Shown: positions 58,178 through 64,000 of the stretch, one piece after another | Position numbering within the stretch: position 1 is the stretch's first letter | Layout of the letters: each line of letters starts with the position of its first letter | IMG/VR virus record: IMGVR_UViG_2806310702_000003 | Coordinates: 25,379 to 89,378 of that record | Length of the DNA stretch: 64,000 nucleotides | Strand: one strand, 5' to 3' | Source of the DNA: a virus | Taxonomy: Duplodnaviria > Caudoviricetes | The notes under the pieces: generated by a model | What the model was told of the DNA's origin: nothing | What the model saw: only the letters and a program-made list of their open reading frames with translations | The model's database searches: none | Translations under genes and position numbers: made by a program

Positions 58178-58339
58178 TTATATATCATTATTTTTAAATT
58201 TTTTCTCTTCATCTTCCATGTGTTTTTGAACTAAATTTTTAATAAAAATACTTTTACTTCTTTTTTGCTGTAGATAATTATATACTTTTATATCATCAAT
58301 ATTTCTTTCAGAAAATGATATTGAAATTCTAATGCTCAT
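58178..58339 (-). CDS. 53-aa RHH-like protein
   Basis: MSIRISISFSERNIDDIKVYNYL...KSIFIKNLV. Confidence 0.65.
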   Translation of the reverse strand: MSIRISISFSERNIDDIKVYNYLQQKRSKSIFIKNLVQKHMEDEEKKFKNNDI

Positions 58340-58408
58340 CTTTAACATTCCTTTCCGAATTGTTTATATTATATAATATGTTAAAGTATATAAAAATGTT
58401 ACTGTTTT

Positions 58409-58448
58409 ATATAAAAAGATATAAAAATATATAAAAAGATATAAAAAG
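58409..58448. repeat. Tandem ~10-bp ATATAAAAAG repeats (parC candidate; related repeats at 59690-59790)
   Basis: Four near-identical units flanking parR; similar motif upstream of parM. Confidence 0.5.
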
Positions 58449-58468
58449 AGCTGGCATAGTGCCAACTC

Positions 58469-58771
58469 TTATCTATTTAAACTATTTAGTACACCTTTTA
58501 TTGCTTTTTTCTTTTTCTTTGTAGTTTCAGTTTTTTCTACTTTAATAGGAGCATTAAAATTCATTTCTCCTAAAACTTCTTTAACTACATCTTTTATCAT
58601 ATTTTTATTTGATAAAAATTCAGATTCTTTCATGTCTTTTCTTATAAGGTCTTTAATGTAAGTTGCAAAAGGTTTGTCTTGATTTTCAGCCCATTCTAAT
58701 AATTGTTTTTCATTATCACTAAATGGTACTGGTTTACTTTTTCTTTTATTCATCATCCTCACCAAATTCAT
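58469..58771 (-). CDS. ParR-like RHH adaptor
   Basis: PVPFSDNEKQLLEWA...FATYIKDLIRKDM, after parM. Confidence 0.7.
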   Translation of the reverse strand: MNLVRMMNKRKSKPVPFSDNEKQLLEWAENQDKPFATYIKDLIRKDMKESEFLSNKNMIKDVVKEVLGEMNFNAPIKVEKTETTKKKKKAIKGVLNSLNR

Positions 58772-59645
58772 TATCAGCTACAGTTTGATATACTTTTTGA
58801 TTAATAGATTGACTTTCTGGAACTAGTTCTATTACTGGGAAGTGTTTTTTCCAGTAATTAATAGTATCAGCACCACCTCCACCGATTAAATAGATTTTAC
58901 TAGCATTTTTAACTTTAAAATCATTTTTAATAAATGATGCTATTTCAGTTATATGATTTTCAACAATTGGTCTTATATCAGTTATATCAGTTTCAACATT
59001 ATTTATAATTGCTGTCTTCTTGTTTAGTAATTTTTCAATATCAGTTGGTTTATAATCAGAACCTTTATTAAGATTTAAGTAACTAGATATGTCAGCATAC
59101 ATTTTATACATACTTTCATTATAAGTTGCAGAATTAAGAATGCTTAGTTCTTCCCACTGCGTTACATTTATTGTACCGGCACCATTATCAATTACAATTA
59201 CATTAGATTCATCTTCGGTTAAAATAGGATACGCAGCTTCTATAAAAACTATACAATCAGTTATTCTTATAGTGTATTCTTTATCATTAACAGTTATTTG
59301 TTGTTGTCCATAACCAATTATGTGTTTTTTTAGTTTATCACCTATTAGTTTATATTTCTTTTCTGGAACACCTACTACTACATTAGCATCTATAAAATCC
59401 TCATTGTTTTCACTAAGTGCAATTGAAGTTAAAAGGCACACTTTATAATATTCACTAAAATATCTTTCATCTCCAGTAAAAGGAGCCCCTTGTCCTATAA
59501 TATAATTTATATCATTATATTTAACATAATGTACTTCTTTTTTATGCTTGCCAAATCCAACCCTTTCACCTATTTTTACTCTACTTGCAAACTTGCCAAC
59601 CGGAAGTTTAGTATAACCATTTCCAACATCTATACCTATATTCAT
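58746..59645 (-). CDS. parM: ParM/StbA actin-like ATPase
   Basis: GIDVGNGYTK, IDNGAGTIN, LIGGGA. Confidence 0.88.
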   Translation of the reverse strand: MNIGIDVGNGYTKLPVGKFASRVKIGERVGFGKHKKEVHYVKYNDINYIIGQGAPFTGDERYFSEYYKVCLLTSIALSENNEDFIDANVVVGVPEKKYKLIGDKLKKHIIGYGQQQITVNDKEYTIRITDCIVFIEAAYPILTEDESNVIVIDNGAGTINVTQWEELSILNSATYNESMYKMYADISSYLNLNKGSDYKPTDIEKLLNKKTAIINNVETDITDIRPIVENHITEIASFIKNDFKVKNASKIYLIGGGGADTINYWKKHFPVIELVPESQSINQKVYQTVADNEFGEDDE

Positions 59646-60637
59646 TTTTATACCTCCAAATCGATTATTTGCTAATATTATATCACTATGTATATAAAAA
59701 GTACATACTTTTTATATACAATATATATTATTTTTAATTTTAAAAGATTTAAACGATACTTAGTATATACTTTTTGTATACAATATATATACTTGTCTAT
59801 TTGATATTAACAATAATTGTACTATAAAAAACGATATATGTAAATAAATAACAAATATGTTACAATTGTTACAAATGTGTTATGCTTATAACATAAATTT
59901 ATGGAGGATATGAATTATGGATAGAAAAAAATTTGATAAGATGAGCGTAAAAACACAGATAAATATAAATAAGATTTCTAATATCACATTTTTAAGAATT
60001 ACTAGTTTTACTTGTCCAATTGTTTATATCAAAATCTCTGAATTAAAATCTTATGTTTTCTAATTAAATTCCCTATATAAAAAAGTATAGGGGATTTTTC
60101 AAAATATACCATGTAAATTCCCTATATAGGAAATTGAATTGTCAAATACTGATTTTTACTATGTTTATAGCACTTTTTAACTCTTTAAATTTATATGGGG
60201 ATTTATCGAAGATTAGCACCCAAGTTAATAATTAAGCAGAAAAAAAACTAGCATTCTATTGAAATGCAAATACTTTATGAAAGCTTGAATACTATGCTAA
60301 AAAGTATAGGGAATTTTATAAATATAAAAAAGCTCTAGGGTTAACCTAGGGCTTTTGGTTTGCATTATTTATTTTACAAAATAATTTTTGATGTTTTTAA
60401 CGAAAAAGTTTCTATTAGTAAAATAAACCTAATAAATATTGTATTTATCAGGTTTATTTTATAGATCAAATTTACTTTTATAGTTTTTCAATAAATTTAA
60501 CAGTAACTATATTTTTTTTATCTTTTTTTCCCTTTATCAAAACTCTAGAATCTAAGTATTCTTTTATATCACTTGCTATGGCCTTATTTAATTTACATTT
60601 TATCTCATTAACATCAGCATCTTGTTCTAAGGCTAAA

Positions 60638-61873
60638 TTATCTTAAACAAGTAGCTTTCTTAGGTATCCATGCCTTTATACCTTCTATGTCTAATAAATA
60701 AAATTCTAATTTTTCATCTATAGCGGTTACTAATTGATCTCTATAGAAATATTTAGCTATATTCATGAATTCATCTCTTATAAATACAGCAGCTGTATCA
60801 TATTGCATTTTAAGTAGCAATGGTTTAAATTCTTTAACTTGTGCTTGTATACTAGAAATGCTGTGTCCTAAAATACCCTCTGCTATAGCCTTCCCTATTT
60901 TGTCGTAACCAATATTTTTATAAATTTCAATGTCCTTTGTAGCTTCTACGAAACATACTTCTACAATAATGGCACTCATGGACGTATGTTTTATCTCAAA
61001 CAAACCTCTTGTAATTCCATCTTTAACACCTCTGTTTTTAAATCCTAAGTTAGCAATATTATTCGTAATTGTTTGAGCTATATCCTTGCCAGTCGTATTG
61101 TTCGTGTTTGTCCAGGTTTCCGTGCCTAGTGCTCCATTATAACTATTATAAGCATTGTTAAAATGTATGGATACAAATAAATCAGCCCCCCAATTATTAG
61201 CCTTTGATACTCCATAATTCAAATCTGAATTACTATCCATATCTCCTGGAGTAACATCTATAACATTTTTTCCTGCTGCTTTTAAATATTTAATTACGGC
61301 ATCTTTTACTTTTCTATCTTCTATTGTTTCGCTAATAATTCCATTTGCTCCTAAGGCTTTAAAATTATGTCCTCCACGTACTGCTATATTATCTATTCTC
61401 ATGTTATTACTTCCTCTCACATCAAATTTGTTTAAATGATATTTGTCTATTAAATCTAAAATCTTATTAACATAGTTAGGATCTGTTGTATATCCTCCAT
61501 TAAAAAGCGCTTTTATTTGCTCAAAATAATTTGTAGCTTTAAATACTCCAGCTGATATATACCATTCAGCTTTTAAAAATTTAGCGTGGTCTAGTATGCT
61601 TTCTGTCCAGGAGGAATATATTCGGAAAGGTTGTTTAACAGTAATTATTCCATTTTCTGTCCATTCTTTAGTATATATATTGGCAACAGGTCCATCCCAA
61701 TCCCTAAGCGCTTTAATTCCAAAAAGATTGTTATAATTCTTTGCTAAACTGCTTTCTCCCCACCCGCTCTCCAGGATAGCTTGTGCAATAGTTACACTAG
61801 CAAAAATCTTATATTCTTTTTGAGTTTCTATTGCTGCATCTTTGATTTTATTAATAAATTCTATTTGGTCCAC
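60638..61873 (-). CDS. Endolysin: GH73 glucosaminidase + Amidase_3
   Basis: AQAILESGWG; VRGGH, FVSIHFN, IIVEVCFV. Confidence 0.9.
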   Translation of the reverse strand: MDQIEFINKIKDAAIETQKEYKIFASVTIAQAILESGWGESSLAKNYNNLFGIKALRDWDGPVANIYTKEWTENGIITVKQPFRIYSSWTESILDHAKFLKAEWYISAGVFKATNYFEQIKALFNGGYTTDPNYVNKILDLIDKYHLNKFDVRGSNNMRIDNIAVRGGHNFKALGANGIISETIEDRKVKDAVIKYLKAAGKNVIDVTPGDMDSNSDLNYGVSKANNWGADLFVSIHFNNAYNSYNGALGTETWTNTNNTTGKDIAQTITNNIANLGFKNRGVKDGITRGLFEIKHTSMSAIIVEVCFVEATKDIEIYKNIGYDKIGKAIAEGILGHSISSIQAQVKEFKPLLLKMQYDTAAVFIRDEFMNIAKYFYRDQLVTAIDEKLEFYLLDIEGIKAWIPKKATCLR

Positions 61874-62125
61874 TTAATCCTTCCCCTTCTTAGATTGCTT
61901 ATATAATTGATTGCTTCCTATTGCACAAAATGAGCATATAATACCTTCCAGTATACTTGTAGCATTTAAACCATCTACAATAAGACTAAATGCTATTCCA
62001 ACAACTAAAAGTATCCAGGGGATTATATTATCTTTAACTTTAGAGTTTTTTAAAAATATACCTATAACATAAAGAGCAGCCACTAATATAAGCAACTGCT
62101 CTGGAATAAATTTAATTAAATCCAT
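61874..62125 (-). CDS. Holin
   Basis: ILVAALYVIG...IPWILL...NQLYKQ. Confidence 0.85.
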   Translation of the reverse strand: MDLIKFIPEQLLILVAALYVIGIFLKNSKVKDNIIPWILLVVGIAFSLIVDGLNATSILEGIICSFCAIGSNQLYKQSKKGKD

Positions 62126-62138
62126 ACGAATATCTCCT

Positions 62139-62342
62139 TTATTTTTCTAATTTTTCTTCTATTTTATCTACTGTATTTTTTACATTTTCAAGCACATTAA
62201 ATTTTTCAGTCAACTTACTGATTATTTCTTGATATTTATTTTCTCTTTTACTGTTTTCCTTTAAAACATAAAAAAGTAAATAAGCGAAAAATACTGCAAA
62301 TACCCCTTGGGTAGCTACCATTTTTATAACTTCATTTTCCAT
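62139..62342 (-). CDS. BhlA/UviB holin-like protein
   Basis: [28 protein letters not shown]. Confidence 0.88.
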   Translation of the reverse strand: MENEVIKMVATQGVFAVFFAYLLFYVLKENSKRENKYQEIISKLTEKFNVLENVKNTVDKIEEKLEK

Positions 62343-62384
62343 CTAATCCTCCTTAAATAAAAAGAAGCCCTAAAAAGGACTTCT

Positions 62385-63404
62385 TTAAGATAATTTTTTA
62401 TACTCTTGTTTTAATGTACTATTGTCTAGTTCTGCATAAATCATAGTTGTGTCTACACTAGTATGGCCCATAAGCTTTTGAATAACTGTAATAGGCATGT
62501 TATTGTTAAGCGCTAATGTTGCAAATGTATGTCTTAGCAAATGTGGATAGACAGATTTATTTAGACCTGCTCTAGTTGCTATTTTATTAATTTCTAATTG
62601 TATAGATCTTCCCCCAAGCTGTTTATGTGGTTTTCTGGTGGTAACAAATAAATATGGACAGTTATCATTTCTATTATTTAAATATTTTTCTAAAAAAATT
62701 TTTGCTTTAACAGTAAAATAAACTGTTCTTTGTTTATTTCCTTTTCCAATTACATTTAGATTAAGTTCATTCCAATTAATATCTCTAATTTTAATGTTTT
62801 TTACTTCTGATAATCTACAACCAGTTGCAAATATAAATTCTAGTAGTGCTTTTTCTCTAAGACTTTTGCATGCATTACGTAGTAACTCTAATTCTTCTAG
62901 TGTTAGAGAATTTCTTAGACGTTTTCCAACCTTAGGACTTTTAATTTTTTTAGTCGGATTTTTAATAATTAACTCTTCATCTTCTAACCATGCGAAAAAG
63001 CTTTTTAAGATAGCTATTTTATTCGCTAAAGTACTTTCTTTTTTATCTTTACAAATATAAGATAAGTATATTCTTATATCCATTGTAGTTACAGTATTTA
63101 CAGGTTTTATAATTGTTTGTGCAAATCTTTCAATTTCTCTTTTATAGTTTTTTAGTGTAAGTATACTTAATCCATCTAGCTTTTTTATAGCTAGATACAT
63201 CTTCAATTTATCTGTAATATCGCTTGCTACTATACTTGTTTCTTTTGGAATAACATCATAATCATATAGAACTTCTTCAATTATATTTCTAATCATAATT
63301 TGTTTTTGAAGGTCCATATCTAACTCAGGAAATTTTACAGTAAGTTTTCCTAATATTTTTATTACAGCTTCTTCATTATTATTTTTTTTAGTTTCTTCAA
63401 ACAT
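62385..63404 (-). CDS. XerD-like tyrosine recombinase
   Basis: ATGCRLSE, GKGNKQR, HLLRHTFAT, LMGH, TTMIY catalytic residues. Confidence 0.93.
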   Translation of the reverse strand: MFEETKKNNNEEAVIKILGKLTVKFPELDMDLQKQIMIRNIIEEVLYDYDVIPKETSIVASDITDKLKMYLAIKKLDGLSILTLKNYKREIERFAQTIIKPVNTVTTMDIRIYLSYICKDKKESTLANKIAILKSFFAWLEDEELIIKNPTKKIKSPKVGKRLRNSLTLEELELLRNACKSLREKALLEFIFATGCRLSEVKNIKIRDINWNELNLNVIGKGNKQRTVYFTVKAKIFLEKYLNNRNDNCPYLFVTTRKPHKQLGGRSIQLEINKIATRAGLNKSVYPHLLRHTFATLALNNNMPITVIQKLMGHTSVDTTMIYAELDNSTLKQEYKKLS

Positions 63405-63678
63405 TTTAATTTCCCCCTTGCCCACTACAAAAATAAAAATCCCTTGCAGCAGGCAAGGGATTTATTTACCCTTGCCTGGGTTTTGATTTAGTTACTCTAT
63501 AAGAGCATTAATTTATTTTTATAATTAATTATTATAGCTTGTTTTCTATAAAAAGATTAAAAATTAAAAATTTTATATAAAATTAATAATTAAATAAAAA
63601 AAGCAATAAAAAAAGACTTCTTAAAAGTCTAGATTTATTGCTTAATTATTTTATTGTTTACTTCGCATAATTTTTCTA

Positions 63679-63873
63679 TTATGCAGTATGCTCTGTTATT
63701 TCTTTTTTATCTTCTTTAAATCCTACATCTTCCAATACTTCTTTTACACATTCTTGTAAATTAAGTAAAGGTGGCACTTGATCATACGTATAAGTTCCGT
63801 TTAAAATTAAGCTAACCCAAACTTTTACACATCCTGAATTCTTGTTAAATTTAAAACTTGTCATATTTATCAA
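63679..63873 (-). CDS. Small tail-tip-associated protein (XkdX positional analogue)
   Basis: VWVSLILNGTYTYDQVP..L...VKEVL; same downstream site as XkdX at 12350. Confidence 0.6.
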   Translation of the reverse strand: MINMTSFKFNKNSGCVKVWVSLILNGTYTYDQVPPLLNLQECVKEVLEDVGFKEDKKEITEHTA

Positions 63874-64000
63874 CCGTTGCCAAAAATCTATAAATATCTA
63901 TAAACCTTGTTTAATTCCCTGTTCCACCTGTTCCATTTTGCCGAGGCTACTTTGGTTTGTATAACAGTCCAAGGGCTTAAATTCCCATACAACGAATGGT

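Larger units (their letters stand above)
47555..64000 (-). mobile_element. Part of a second related phage-plasmid ('phage Y'): early, immunity, Rep/Par and lysis modules; probably continues at 1-1028
   Basis: Second replisome/DnaC, cI/cro, Rep, ParMR, ATPase module, endolysin and holins, all diverged from the phage X copies. Confidence 0.7.

Noticed and set aside
59918-60064. Short ORF MDRKKFDKMSVKTQIN with a good RBS
   Set aside because: It seems to run into non-coding-like sequence after about 17 codons; possibly a truncated remnant, too weak to call.
1176-62794. Many plus-strand ORFs overlapping minus-strand genes (e.g. 1176, 3526, 6668, 16080, 23560, 32413, 55587, 62794)
   Set aside because: Antisense shadows of well-supported genes, rich in Ser/Phe/Leu, without RBS or motifs.
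62385-63404. Prophage integrase marking an att boundary
   Set aside because: It lies between tail-tip and holin genes with phage genes on both sides; no host genes or att duplication are visible.
63875-64000. Possible IS end upstream of the last gene
   Set aside because: The sequence is GC-richer and the expected RBS is missing, but only ~125 bp are visible and no transposase or paired inverted repeat can be confirmed.

Overview
AT-rich Clostridium-like DNA made up entirely of temperate phage sequence, with most genes on the minus strand. The best reading is two related phage-plasmids joined through a 503-bp direct repeat (1029-1531 / 47555-48057) that carries an identical methyltransferase gene. 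The 46,526-bp unit between the repeats ('phage X') looks complete: repressor, Rep, ParMR, lysis, myovirus tail, HK97-type head, terminase and DnaB module, with no integrase. The flanks (1-1028 and 48058-64000) fit a second element ('phage Y') with its own cI/cro, replisome/DnaC, Rep, ParMR, lysis genes and a tyrosine recombinase. The strongest novelty candidates are four. (1) Gene cassettes with conserved ends (AAAAATAGTAGATTGTGAAGG ... TTCGCAAAAATAAAG) of a 9-6-9 recombinase-site-like format, with related sites bounding the tail-fibre tip. (2) A ~810-nt promoter-to-terminator non-coding unit between terL and portal holding three anticodon-less tRNA-like minihelices, pseudoknots and a multi-pseudoknot domain. 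(3) A module present twice: VirB4/TraG-like ATPase, two membrane proteins, a micropeptide, a conserved 150-bp element and an RHH protein, under sporulation-sigma-like promoters. (4) A genome-wide asymmetric operator restricted to phage X. All calls were made by eye from the sequence and ORF track; no searches were run.
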